DNA of 62,041 nt, counting the filler, from Jimgerdemannia flammicorona (lineage: Eukaryota), in assembly GCA_003990765.1 (NCBI GenBank). It is 3 parts of 3 records of this genome, joined end to end, with 100 filler letters (N's around TTAATTAATTAA, not from the genome) between each part and the next. Parts side by side here need not be neighbours in the genome. Positions count along the whole stretch, not along the records: positions 20,719 to 41,333 come from RBNJ01001634.1; 2 more parts are not named here. One strand, 5' to 3'. Under the pieces are notes generated by a model. It was not told the origin of the DNA. It ran no database searches and saw nothing but the letters and a program-made list of their open reading frames with translations. This document shows, in pieces, positions 23,855 to 36,586 of the stretch; the stretch's first letter is position 1; each line of letters begins with the position of its first letter. A program made the translations under genes and the position numbers.

Positions 23855-24319
23855 TATAACAATTTCACAGTCATATTTAGTCTTAGTACATTTTTCACAT
23901 CTTTTAGTCAGTCTTTTCTTGTTATTTCTTGAATATTCTACTATGTTCCAGCACCTTCTACTTGCTTAGAAACCTTCTCTCAGCACCCAGACACCACTAG
24001 AACATTCTTATCTTTCCTTGGCATCAAGTATCTTATCTCAGCTAGTTATGGAACTTTTTGGAACATTGTAGAATAATATTAGTCAGCTTTGCTGAGAACT
24101 TATTTCTTGGCATTTCTCTTTCTTTCCAAGATTCTTCCAGATCTTTCTTTCAGATCATGTATAAATATCCTTGTTTTTTGCCTGAATAAAGCTCAGAATA
24201 TTTTCTCCCAGAAATCCTTCAAGAATACTTGAACCTTTAAGTATCTCATTGAGCTACTTTAGGCCAACCAGAACTTCCAGATTTAGCTGCTTTCTCTTAA
24301 AGAAACTAGAACCATTACA
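23855..24319 (+). repeat. 5' LTR of chromovirus (465 bp)
   Basis: Direct repeat of 28385-28848. The initial TG has mutated to TA; ends ...ATTACA. Confidence 0.95.
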
Positions 24320-27300
24320 CTTGGTAGCAGCAGTTTCGTTACACCTTATCTTATTAAGAAACCTCACATGAATTCAGAAACCAGTCACAACTAGTCACAT
24401 GAACCTGAAATGAGCCATGAAGAGTCAGCCTATCAGTTAGACCCCCCTGCTACAGAAGAAGCAGGAGGAGTGTCAAACATCATTTAGATATAAGCACTGG
24501 TGTCATTGACCCAGACTTTTGAGGACAAGTTCAAGTCTTGCTTGTCAACCAGAAGAATCAAGACTACACAGTTAAAGGAGACCGAGTCATGCAAATGATC
24601 CTGGAAAAAGCCAGTCAACTCAAGATTACAGAAGTCCAAGAACTCCTTAAAACCAAATGAGATCAAAAGGGTTTTGGCAGCACTGATCAAGCAGCAAGTC
24701 TTAGCAAAAATTGAGCTCAAGCTATGCTCATTTTCAAATATCTAGTCAAAGGAAAAGAAGTTCAAGTACTTATAGACAGCAGAGCTACAGGGAACTTCAT
24801 CAATCAGAACCTCATTGAAAGCCTCAAGATCCTCACCAAGCCTGCACTCAAGAACAATAGTATAGTCACTATAGATAGTACTCTGCATCCCATTGAGTCA
24901 ATTGCTACCAAACTGCCTATCAAGATCTAGAAATATTGGGAATGAGTAGACTTTGAAGTTGCACCACTAGGAGATCATGACCTGATCTTAGAAAAACCCT
25001 GGCTTATGAAATACAACTACATTGATTAGTGTAAGAATGAAGTCACTCTACTTCAAGGTGGAGCCAACATTACCATCAAGATAGACAAGACCATGAGCAA
25101 GACCCAGATTGCAATACTGTCAGCTATATAGTATAAGAAAGTACTCAAGAAGGCAATGCATACCTTTATTGTAATGATCTGCCCCAAGAAATAAGACAAG
25201 AGACTATCAGTCAATGAAAGCATCAAGCTATTGCTAGAAGAATTCAAGGATGTCTTTCCAGACAAGCTACCTGATCTATCACCTATACAAGAAGTTGATC
25301 ATGAAATCAAACTGACCCCAGGAGCTGTACCACCCAAGAAATATATATACTGTATGTCACTACTTGAAATTGAAGCAGTCAAGAAGGAATTAGAAGAACT
25401 ACTTGCATGAGGAGCCATCCAGCCAAGCAAATCTCCTTATGGCTCACCAGTCTTATTTGTCAAGAAGAAGTATAGTACCCTGCAAATGTGTATAGACTAC
25501 TATATACTCAACAAACTCACTGTCAAGAACTGCTATCTGTTACCCTTAATTGATCAAATCTTTGATGCTCTCAAGAATACCAAGTACTTCACCAAGTTAG
25601 ACCTCATGTCAGGATACCACCAGATCCGAATCAAGCCAGAAGACATTCCCAAGACTGCATTCATGACCCCCTTTGGACTCTATGAATTCCTGGTCTTAGT
25701 ATTTGGTCTCATCAATGTACCTGCTATATTCCAGACTCTGATGAACAAGATATTCAAGGACCAACTATTTATTTTCCTGTTGGTATATCTTGATGACATC
25801 CTGATCTTTAGTACAACTAAAGAAGAACACCTCAAATACATTCAAATAGTCCTGGAGATTCTGTGAAACCACAAGCTTTATACCAAGCTCAAGAAGTGTG
25901 AATTCTTCAAAGAACAAGTTGAATACCTTGGCCATATTGTCTCTGTACAAGGAATTCAAGTAGACCTACACAAGATAGAAGCAATTGAAGAATGGCCCAT
26001 TCCATCGAACCTCATAGAACTCTGATCTTTCCTTGGTCTAGCTGGCTATTATTGTCACTTTGTCAGAAACCTCTCTGGCATTGCTGAGCCACTGACTAAC
26101 CTCATGAGGAAGGCCCCACACTCAAACCACTATGTACCCTATACCTGGGACCTCTTCTGTCAACAAGCCTTTCAAGAACTCAAGAACTACCTGACCCATG
26201 CTCCAGTCCTGCATAATGCAGATCAAGGTCTAAAATTCATGGTCACTACTGATGCATTGAATTTTGCCATTGAAGCAGTTCTGTTACAAGATGATGGCAA
26301 AGGACATTGCCCTATTGCTTTTGAGTCCCACAAGCTGGCCCCAGCTGAACAAAAGCTAGCTACTTACAAGAAGGAACTACTAGTAATAATATATGCACTA
26401 GACCACTAGCAATGCTATCTAGAAGGTGTTGAGTTTGATGTCATTACTGATCATCAATCTCTCAAGTATATCAACACTCACTCTATTATGTCTATAAGCC
26501 AAGTAGAGCCTCAAGCTTCAAACCTTCAACCTGATGATCATATATAAGCCTGGTAAGACACTTGTAGTACCAGATGCCTTATCAAGGTACCCAGACCTTG
26601 CTACAATCATGCAAGTCACCTTGACATCAGAATTCCTAGACCAAATCAGGTAAGCTTATAAAGAAGACACAGTTGCCACTAGAGTTTTCTTAAATGAACT
26701 CAAGGATACATATGCTATTGAGAACAATCTGATCTATCATCAAGACCAAGTCTACCTACCTGAAAACATGAATCTACACTACAAGATTTTGCAAGAACAC
26801 CATGACTCCCCTCTCACTGGTCACCTGGGAATTGAGAAGACCATCAAGAATATCCAATACCACTACTATTGGCCAAACATGGTCAAGGAAATCAAGAACT
26901 ATGTTGCCAGCTGTGATCTATGTCAGTGCAACAAGTCTACCAACCAAGCACCTATCAGTTTGCTATAACCATTGCCAATTTCTACCAAGAAGTTCAAGCA
27001 AGTTACTATGGACTTTGTAACTCAACTACCATGAACTCAATCTGATGCCAATGCTATTGTCATATTCATTGACTGCCTGACCAAGACTATGGTTGCTGAA
27101 CCAATCACTACCAATGCTACTATATCTGAGATTACAAGAATCTTTTTCAAGTCCATCTTCTATCACTATGGCCTACCACAAGTAATTGTTAGCAATTGTG
27201 ACCCCAAGTTCACCAGCCACTTCTGGCAAACCCTCTTCAAGACTCTGGGAACCCAATTGGCTATATCTACTACCTTTCACCTACAAACTGATAGACAAAC

Positions 27301-28384
27301 TAAACACATGAACAGAACTCTAGAATAAATGCTTAGAAACTATATTTCTTATAAGTAAGATGATTGGGACATCTACCTGACTTATGTAGAGTTTGCATAC
27401 AACAATGCTGTCCAATCATCTACTGGTCTTTCCCCTTTTCAGTTACTCTATGGTCAAGATCCTGAGACCCCTGCAAGTCTATTCTCTTTTAAGAAAATCA
27501 GTCAAATACAAGTCCCAACTACCAAGAACCTTACAGACAAAATGGAAAAACTACTCAAGATTGCTACTGTAAATCTTCAGAAGGCTCAACAGCATCAAGC
27601 CAATTATGCTGACAAGAAATGCTGTGATGTCATCTATACTATTGGAGATCAGTTCTACTGTCTACCAAGAACCTCAAAATACAATCTCAAGTCAACTGCC
27701 CTTTGAAAAAGTTCTACCCCAAGTATATTGGACCTTTTGAGATCACTGAACAAGTCTCTGCATCCTCCTACTGCCTCAAGCTACCTGAAACCATGAGAGT
27801 GCACCCAGTCTTTCATGTGTCACATCTCAAGATCTGGAACCAGTCACTACCCTACCCTGGTTGAATTCCTAAGCCTTCTGCCCTGGTGATTATTGAAGAC
27901 CATATTGAGTATGAAGCTGAGAAAATCCTTAACAAATGAATCCACTACCACTGTCCCAAATACCTAGTCAAATGGATGGGTTATCCTGAATATGATGCTA
28001 CCTGGGAACTACTGGTCAATCTCAAGAACTCTCAAGATCTAGTTCAAGACTTTGAGGCAAAATACATTGTCCAATCTCTATAGTGACTTTCTTGGATTGT
28101 TGATGACCTATAGTAATGACCAGTGCCTTATGCATCAGAAGTTTACTTTGGGACCCTGGAACTAGCAGAACATTTAATGAACAAGAAGTCTACTGAAATG
28201 AAGCTACTAGCTGGGTTCAAACCCCTCCTAGTTGATTAGTCTGGTAATAGGCCCTCTGCCCTATACAAGGATGGCCAATCTCCACCAATATGCCAATTCA
28301 AGTTTGAGAAATTTTGATTAAGTATATCTAGCCTTATGTTACCTAAGAACTCAATGAGGACATTAGTTCTTAAGGAGGGAGGGA

Positions 28385-28848
28385 TGTAATAATTTTACAG
28401 TCATATTTAGTCTTAGTACATTTTTCATGTCTTTTAGTCAGTCTTTTCTTGTCATTTCTTGAATATTCTACTATGTTCCAGCATCTTCTACTTGCTTAGA
28501 AACCTTCTCTCAGTGCCCAGACACTACTAGAACATTCTTGTCTTTCCTTGGTACTAAGTATCTTGTCTCAGCTAGTCATGGAACCTTTGGAACATTGTAG
28601 AATAGTATTAGTCAGCTTTGCTGAGAACTTATTTCTTAGTATTTCTCTTTCTTTCCAAGATCCTTCCAGATCTTTCTTTCAGATTATATATAAATATCCT
28701 TGTTCTCTACCTGAATAAAGCTCAGAATATTTTCTCCCAGAAATCCTTCAAGAACACTTGAACCTTTAAGTATCTCATTGAGCTACTTTAGGCCAACCAG
28801 AACTTCCAGATTTAGCTGCTTCCTCTTAAAGAAACTAGAACCATTACA
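28385..28848 (+). repeat. 3' LTR of chromovirus (464 bp)
   Basis: TGTAAT...ATTACA, preceded by the PPT. Confidence 0.95.
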
Positions 28849-31800
28849 GTAACTGTAGTTGGGAGTTCTGGTCTTTGGAGCCTCTGTCTTTCTTATTAGT
28901 TTAGTAAATAGCACTGATAGCAGTAGTCTCTAGAAGAGTGAAAGACCATTTGGTGTGGACATCTTAGCCGAAAAGCCCTTTCTTAGTGAGTTTCTTTCTT
29001 GGAAATAATGGTGATTGTACTGGATTCTCCTTCTATATTCCAGGGATCATTATCTTCAGGTGGTGTCCAGTGAGAGTTATCTCAGGGAATGAGTTTGGAG
29101 ATCTCTTCTTCCTCAGGCACTTTTTGTTTAGAAACTTCCTGTTTAGGGGTTTCTTCTTCCTCAGATGATTCTTGACCCCAAATTGCTTATACTTCTACAG
29201 CTTCAGCTGCAGGTATCTCTGGAACATGTCTGCATTTCTTCTTCTTTCTTCTGCACTTGGGGCAAGCTGTGCCAGGCGAATTCCTTGTCCCAATGATCTT
29301 GGAGGAGTGCTCAGAGCACTTGTGTCTCTTGAGACAGATAGGGCATCCTTTGATTTCTTCTGCAATGACTCTAATAGTGATGGGGATGGTGTTCTTGACC
29401 CATATATTGTCTTCTGGCCTGTCATCTACCAGGTTGATTCAGGGGTTGAGTCTGAGATCATTTCTATCTTTGGATTCTTCTTCCTCTTCTGTGGTAGACT
29501 CTTCACTGCTGGTATATTCTTCTTAGATAATGACCTTCTTCTTTTTCTTCAATTGCTCATAGCTGGTCACCTTGACCCTATACTTCTTGCCTTGGTAGTC
29601 AAACTTGAATACTTGTTGACTAATATCAACAACTGTATTCATTTCCTTCATCCAGTTGGTGCCAAGGATCATATCATAGATAACAGCTTCAGTGACAATA
29701 GCTTTTGGAATAGAGAACTGAATGTGTCCAAGAGAGATGATGATGGTTCATACTTCTCCCAGGGGTTGAGTCCAGGCTCCATCTGCTACTATAATGCTGA
29801 GATTAGATGGTCCATCAATGGGCTATTGGAGGGTGTCCAGGAATTGTTTGGCAATAACACAGATAGCTGCTCCTGTATCTATGAGGATTTTCGCCTTTTG
29901 TCCTCCAATATCTCCATGTAGGTAGGTACTGACATGTCTTTCTGCAGCTTGTATAGGGGTGGGAGCTGGCTCTTGCTGTAGGATGGGGACTGGACCAGTG
30001 CTAGACATAGTAGTCCTCAGCAATTTGTTTTAGACTCTAGGTGGTGTCAGTTACAGGAACTGTAGAAGAGGGACTTCTATCTTAGCTTCTTGAATCTTCT
30101 GCCAGACTTCATTGTAGATGTCTCTGGGTATGGTCTGGGTGTACTTCTTCTTGGGCTTTGGGGCAGCAGGCTCTCATTCTTCTTGTTTCATTTCTTTATC
30201 CTCTGATGGCAACTCATTTGTCTTAGGAGCAAAGAGTGAGAGAGTCTGGAGAGATGTATCTACTTGCTCCTCCTTGTGTTCTTCATCTTCTTCTTGAATG
30301 ATTCTTCTGCTGGTGTTCCTGGATGGCCTTCCTACAGGTCTCTTCCTTTTCTCTACTGGGTAAACTGTCTTTTGAGTGGTGACTTTGGCTGGGTATAAGT
30401 CTAGGTTACTGTAGTCTTCACTATTGTTTTCTTCAAAATCTTCAACAGAATGAGCTTTAGTCTTCTTGTACTGGGTTTCACTTTTTTGGTTTGATGGTTC
30501 TGAGTTCCTTTAGTCACTTCTTTTATTGTTACATTCAGTGGCATAGTGTCTGAATTGTCCACAGTAAAAGCATTGGACTTGGGCTCTGTCTCTGATAGAG
30601 TATCTTCTTTCTTCTTGCTGGTAATTTCTGTTATCTCTTGGTGGATAACCTTGGTTCCTCTATGGTGGGTATCCTCTGTTATCTTATTGGTAGCTCTGAT
30701 TTTCATATGTAGTGAGTTTTTCAATCTGTCTAACCAATCAGTCCAACTTGGAACTAAGATCTTGGATTTTACTTCTGTTCTTCTTTCCTTTTTTGACTGG
30801 TCTTCTTTCTTTGAATCTTTTCTATTCTTGAAGAAGTCCTTATAGGGCTTTGACCAAAATGTCTTCTTTATCATCCTTTTTGTCATGGTCACTCCAGGTA
30901 GTTTCTTGTCTGATATCAAAGAATCCTTGGACTACATCTACTTGTTCTTCAGACCTTCTGATACCTAGGATGTAGATATGTTGGGCAATGTTCAGGGGAA
31001 TTCCATTCATGAAGGTCATTGGACCTATGATATCTTAATTAGTGGTATTGAACCTGGCTACACATATTCTCTTCTGGATTCTTGTGAAGAATACTCTGGG
31101 TGATTCTCTAAGGTTCATTTTCATCTCTATGATAGATTATTGAGCCTTGTAGTGGGTTTCACTTCCTGCATATTTTTCAATGAGCCAGTGGGCCATGGCT
31201 ATATATTCTAGCTTATAGAATGCTACTGCTTATATTTCTACTACTAGTGCTGAGTGTGGGTCAGTTGCTGTTCAGTGGAAAATTCCTCTAGCTGGTTCTC
31301 TGAGCTAGACCTTGTAGATGGTGATTTTCCTTTCATCTGAGAGATTCCTCAGGGTTGCGATTCCTTCGGAATTCTCTAGGATCTTCTTCTAGATATCTTG
31401 CAAAAGTTGGCAATGGGTTGGCCATTTCACCATCACTTTCTTCTAATTCTGGTTCTGGTTCAGATTCTAATTTGGATTCTGACTCTGATTCACTTTCTGA
31501 ACTATTACTGGAGATGGGGGTGCTTGGGTATCTTGAGAATAGTGTTATAGACCTTGGACAAAGTGGGATAAGTCTAGGTATCCTTGAAGGAGCTACTTCT
31601 AATTCTGCAATGGCTAGTAGTAAAGATTCAATAGGTGAAATTGGTGGGACTGCTGTGGGGTATCTGGCTGCTGAATTTCAGGCTTGTGCAATGAGATCTT
31701 CTAATTCTTGGGCAAGTTCTTCAAAGTCTTCAACAGGACCACCTATATTGTCTGGTTGATCTGGTTGAGGATTTTGGGCTATACTGGTTTCTGATTGGGA

Positions 31801-31970
31801 TCTCTCTGATGCTGGGTAGGTGGTAAGTCTTGAGGTAATTACTTCTCTTCTTGTCCAAATGCTGGAGATGACTGGTTCTCCTGTAGTGGCAGAGATTGGT
31901 GTTGTATCAAATATATCCAGTTTGACTGTGGGTTCTTGTAAGCTAAAAAGTTATATTGATTTTTGAAATC

Positions 31971-31988
31971 TTTCCAGTTGAGCCCCCA
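31971..31988 (-). promoter_or_regulatory. Primer-binding site, tRNA-Pro-like
   Basis: Minus strand reads TGGGGGCTCAACTGGAAA two bases after the LTR's CA end. This resembles the tRNA-Pro PBS TGGGGGCTCG... after CpG decay. Confidence 0.7.
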
Positions 31989-31990
31989 AA

Positions 31991-33177
31991 TGATGCCTGG
32001 CTCAATGGAGGCAAATTACAAGGTGTAGTTTGGCTTGAGCCCCTAGTTACTTTGTTAAAAGCAATAAAATATTCTTAGTGTTTAGTGGTATAATAGTTAA
32101 AGCTGGATATCTGCAAGCGATTTCCTTATTGGGATGGTTCTCTGGGTGTAGCAGTGATTTGTATGTCTTTCCTTCCTGGTCAACGAGTAATTTCTGTATA
32201 GTGTGGTGTTCTCCAAAAGTAGGCAATTTCTGCATAATGATCTTGGTATGATCTCTACAAGTATGCAATTTCTGTATAACAATCTCTTTGTGTAGTACGA
32301 CGATCTCTGTGTAGTATGAGTGGACTTCTTATGTGATTTGGCAGATGACTTGATTTGGGTGCAGGTTCACTGGGAATAGAGGATGGTGTGGATTCTTCCT
32401 GAATTGGCAGCTTACTGGGAATTGTACTGGCAGCAGATTCTTCTCACTGGAAATGGATGAATAACTCAGATGGCATAGATAACTCAGATGACACAGAAGG
32501 CAGATAATTCAATAACTCAGATTCTTGGCAAGTTATGTCAAAGACTAGCTTCGTTTGCACAAATGAATCACTGTGAAGTTACATCTAGTAGACTGACTTG
32601 TGGTAAGGTTCCTTAAGGCTCTCTAGGAATGTGGGTTTCTCTTCAGACTTATCTGGCAAGTGAACCAAAATGTAGTGGACTTCTCTTGAAAATGGTGGCT
32701 TATTCCTTAAGTAGCGAATTACTCAAATGGTGGCAAAGTTCTTCCTTGAACTTGGTGGCAAACTTCAGGCTTATCTGGCAAGCAAACTAAGGCTTTGTAT
32801 CGGAAAGTAGACTGGAGTGGAAAGGGGACCAATGCTCAATCTTTAGAGGCTTCTTTGGTGTTTATATTTCAGACTGAGGTTTATTCACTCTTATCTCTGG
32901 AGTATTTTATACATTGTGGTTACTATCTGGTTACTATGTGGCTAACTATAGATTTGCTATTTGTGGCAAGTTGTGCAGGTCCAGCACAAGTGTGCAGGTC
33001 TGGCACAGGTGTGCAGGTCCAGCACAGGTATGCAGGTCCTACATAGATATACCTTATCTGGTAGTCTGGCTATTTATACAGTTTTCCACAGCAATGATTG
33101 CTGTGTCTGGTTACTATGCTATGTGTTCACATCATCTGGCTAAGTTATAATTCAGGTGATATGTTTTTGGTTTGTCA
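31991..33177 (-). repeat. 5' LTR (about 1.19 kb) of the dUTPase-Gypsy element
   Basis: Bounded by TGA...TCA and adjacent to the PBS. Contains internal 20-nt tandem repeats at 32973-33040. The outer end could alternatively be 33179. Confidence 0.7.
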
Positions 33178-33829
33178 CACTACATCACGAAATTGAGATG
33201 TGGTCTCTAACTATACCCAGAAGTACCCGAAAATCTCCAGTATTTTTCATAATCTGGGCTCCAGGAGTACCTGAACATATCTGGCGATTTGATATAAAAT
33301 CTCCAGAGAATCTCCTGATGTCTCCAGAGAATCTCCTGATGTCTTCACGAACCTTCAGCACAATTTACTCATATATCCAGAGATGGCATTTTCATCATAG
33401 ATATCTCCCAGAGCATTGAGATATACAAAGATGCTTTTATTGACAAATAATTTTGTAGTATATTTTTTATTGAATGCCAACCAAAATAAATTACAATTCA
33501 TCATCCAAAACAAATATCCGCAGAATAGCAACAATGAAGAATAATCCACATGGTGATAATGAACATGTGGAATGGACAATAGATGGGACAAAGTGTGGCA
33601 ATGAAATATAAACTGCTGAGTGGCCAGATGATATACTAATGAGTGACAATAGATGAAGAATGGACAATGAGCAACAATGGTGATGAAATCAACAATGAAT
33701 GGAATTGCTCAGCAATAATAGAATAGACAATGATCAACAACAGACTCCTATTTTTTTTTTTTTTTTTTTTTTTTTAACTAAAGATTGTCAAAAACATACC
33801 ATGACCAGCAACAAGATATCATAGGTGAG

Positions 33830-34415
33830 AGAAATGGGCATATCAATGAGTTCAGAGAGTCAATAAGTTCGGGGCAGATAGCGTCAATGAGTTCAGGGCA
33901 GATGGGTATTGTCAATGAGTTCAATGAGTTCAGGTGGATAGGCATGGCGATGATAATAATGATGACAACAGAGACACCAGAAGAAATATCAATAGATAGA
34001 CCAGACGATGACAAGACCCACAACAAATTAAAAGGAAATAGGTATACCTGGAAACAGGCCAATTCAACATGAGAGAAATGGGCATGTCGATGAGTTTGGG
34101 GCAGATGGTATCGATGAGTTCATGGAAGATAGTGTCAATGAGTTTGGGCAGATGACATCGATGAGTTTGGGGTAGATGGCGTCGATGAGTTCGGGGCAGA
34201 TGGCGTTGATAAGTTTGGGGCAGATGACGTTGATGAGTTTGGGGCAGATGAACACATTGATGAGTTCAATGAGTTTGGGATGAGTTCGATACTGGACAAA
34301 TTAAAAAGAAATAGGCATAGGCCAATTTGATGTGAGAGAAATAAGCATGTCAATGGGTTTGGATAGTCAATGAGTTCAGGTAGTCAATGAGTTTGGGTAG
34401 TCAATGAGTTCCAGG
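33830..34415 (+). repeat. Approximately 24-nt minisatellite (gtcgatgagtttggggcagatg-like)
   Basis: Many diverged copies; a larger sub-block (gagagaaatgggcat..caaattaaaaggaaatagg) is also repeated. Confidence 0.85.
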
Positions 34416-34499
34416 TAGGTAAAGACAACACACATACCAGATGATAGCGACGAGATGACCCCAGATAATGGCGATGAGCCTGTTCATCTGAATTCATCC

Positions 34500-35851
34500 C
34501 TATTTCCTGTATCCTTCTCCACAAGATTGATCCATAAGCAACAGCGCATCAAACTTAACCCCTCCTGCCTCATCTTCCTTGTGCCTCTGCACTACCATCC
34601 CTCTGCTCCTTTCCTTTATCTGGTTGCAGAGATACCCCACATTAGCAACATGCAACAAAGTGGCCATGCTGGGTGGCTGGCCCACCTCATGGTACCTGTC
34701 TGGGTTCTTGTGAGTGAGATTGATGAGAACGTGAATTGTAGCCTTGAGACAGGATATGGCTGTTAGAGGGGGGATGTAGTTGTGGGAGTTTAATGTAAAG
34801 AAAAAAAAAACAGATATACTTGATAAATAGTAAATCATATGTACTGGCTGCATTGTCCGAATTATCATTGTATGCCTCAACTGTGACGTGCTCAGGATCA
34901 GAGGTTTTCAAGCAAAAGTGTGAAAGGTAAATGGTATACAATGCTTTCTACCAATCTTGACAGAACAACAAGAAGTTGAGCAGCCTCCGAAACAGCCCCT
35001 CGATCACCGCAACCTCCATTGTATTCGCAACATGCTGCATCAACAATGTCTCAAGGATCAATAGGCAGTGTTTCAAGAGTGCAAAATTGACTAGAGCTGA
35101 CTCGATGATAAGTGCCTATATAAACATCCAGTCAGTTAAAATCAATCATAACTCCCACTCGCAAACCACCTCATTGTATGTTCCATATGCCCAAACTACA
35201 TACCTCACCACTCTCATAGCCTTTAACCTTGCCAGCATGTATTTTGCAGCATCAAGCAGGCTCTTGACAACTCATCACAGACTGCCTGCAGTCCGCAGCT
35301 TGTCCTTGGCAAAATCCTCATACTGCGTGTAATGGCGAACAGAGAGTGGATGCCCATACACTTGACCATGATCTGTGAAGTATACATGACAATCAGCTTG
35401 ATGCCATTTTGGGCTGTACTGGATTCTGATGCGATGCGATGCGACTTCTTACCTCGACATTACCATCGAAGAGCATTGAGGAAGAGACGATCTTCTTTAT
35501 GTCTTCAACCTATTTCAAATAATAATTAAATAAAATAAAATAAAATATAGACACATACATTAACCCTCACTCATAACCAAATACCAAATGTCAACCTACG
35601 CTACACACCCCACCCCACCCTCATCCTCACCAAGAACCGATCACCCTTCTTCTTTATGACTCTAGCCATGTCATGTAAGCATAATAGATCTATGGTCTCA
35701 ATGTCCAGGAACTCATCCTCCATCATCAGCAGCTCCATGTTGCATTTGTCCTGCACCAGCACCACAATCATAAAGGCCAGGCAGCAACGGATAATCTGTG
35801 GGAGCAGAGGGTGACAATTATTCTTGGGATTAGATTCAGCAGGCCATTGGG

Positions 35852-35884
<33 letters not shown>

Positions 35885-36490
35885 AGATGAGGCATGAATG
35901 AGATAAGTGGTACTTACCAGGTCATTCTCAATGTGCAGACCCTGGTAAATACGAGGGATGAAGTTGTGCATGTGGAGCTTCATTATGAACTCGGTGTTGA
36001 GTAGCTTCCATGCCAAATCAATGTAGCTGTCATAATTGCCAATCCAAATTTGTCAATAAAATTCGTACATTAATTCCAAGAAAATGATAGCCCCCAAAAT
36101 GTACTAATACAGCACTCTTTTTGATGTTCCCTCACCTATCTCCCTTCTCTACAAACAAAACTGCACCAATGCATCTTGACTGCTTGATATTAATTCCCTG
36201 GTTCTCATACAGGCCGTTGAGAATGTACTCCATCTCGTCTGAGAACTGCTTATACTCACCAGCCTCCTACAGCTCGTGCATGCTCTTGAGGTCTTTCTTC
36301 TTCCCCACAACCTGCAGGAGAGGAGACGCAAAAAAGAGACAATGGATGTCAGTGCTTCACTCGATTATGCAGATAGTAAAGCCATCTACTCAAATTATAA
36401 TGTAACCCTTGACCAGCAAACTCATCCCCCAACCCTATGCCTCTCTGTTAATCCTATCACATCCATGGCCTCATCCTCATCTGTGTCCTC
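34500..36490 (-). pseudogene. Multi-exon WAPL-domain (cohesin release factor Wapl/Wpl1/Rad61) gene fragment
   Basis: Exons translate KSMHEL*EAGEYKQFSDEMEYILNGL / YIDLAWKLLNTEFIMKLHMHNFIPRIY / IIRCCLAFMIVVLVQDK / VEDIKKIV / AISCLKATIHVLINLTHKNP / KFDALLL..INLVE. These match WAPL motifs as I know them (HELxEAGE..FxDExEY; VLxNLT; FD..LINLVE). GT-AG introns, stops and frameshifts are present. Confidence 0.8.
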
Positions 36491-36586
36491 AGCAACATCC
36501 TCAAAAAAGAGGCAATGGTCCTTAGTACCAAAATCAAAGTAGTAGACAGTGGGGACACTGCCAAGGATGTCATTCGAGTTGGACAT
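36491..36586 (-). pseudogene. Glutathione S-transferase N-terminal fragment (start codon and first about 31 codons) fused to the WAPL exons
   Basis: MSNSNDILGSVPTVYYFDFGTK-..LFFEDV resembles the fungal GST N-terminus (PTxxYFDFxxxGRGExxRLxxED) with the GRGE segment deleted. TATA-like TATATAAA about 65 nt upstream. Confidence 0.6.

Larger units (their letters stand above)
23855..28848 (+). mobile_element. Ty3/Gypsy chromovirus with both LTRs, inserted into the dUTPase-Gypsy element; gag largely missing
   Basis: LTRs at 23855-24319 and 28385-28848. TSD gcaac/gtaac. PBS tggtagcagc at about 24322; PPT aaggagggaggga at 28372-28384. Protease LIDSRATG, RT YLDD, RNase H TDA, HHCC zinc finger, integrase, and chromodomain YEAEKIL..YLVKWMGYPEYDATWE at about 27900-28060. 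Confidence 0.95.
20742..33177 (-). mobile_element. Ty3/Gypsy LTR retrotransposon (5'LTR-gag-PR-dUTPase-RT-RNaseH-start of INT), degenerate and interrupted by another element
   Basis: PBS next to 31990. CCHC knuckle CFYCGQFRHYATEC at about 30536-30577. Protease LIDTGAAICVI at about 29850-29890. RT PIQQKPYRIP..YMDD (21838-21849). RNase H FILYTDAS. Integrase start WGVDVI at about 20750-20770, cut by an A-tract and the gap. Confidence 0.92.

Noticed and set aside
29172..29921. 249-aa plus-strand ORF as a possible env or antisense gene
   Set aside because: Antisense shadow of the Gypsy protease region; non-ATG start and no supporting motif.
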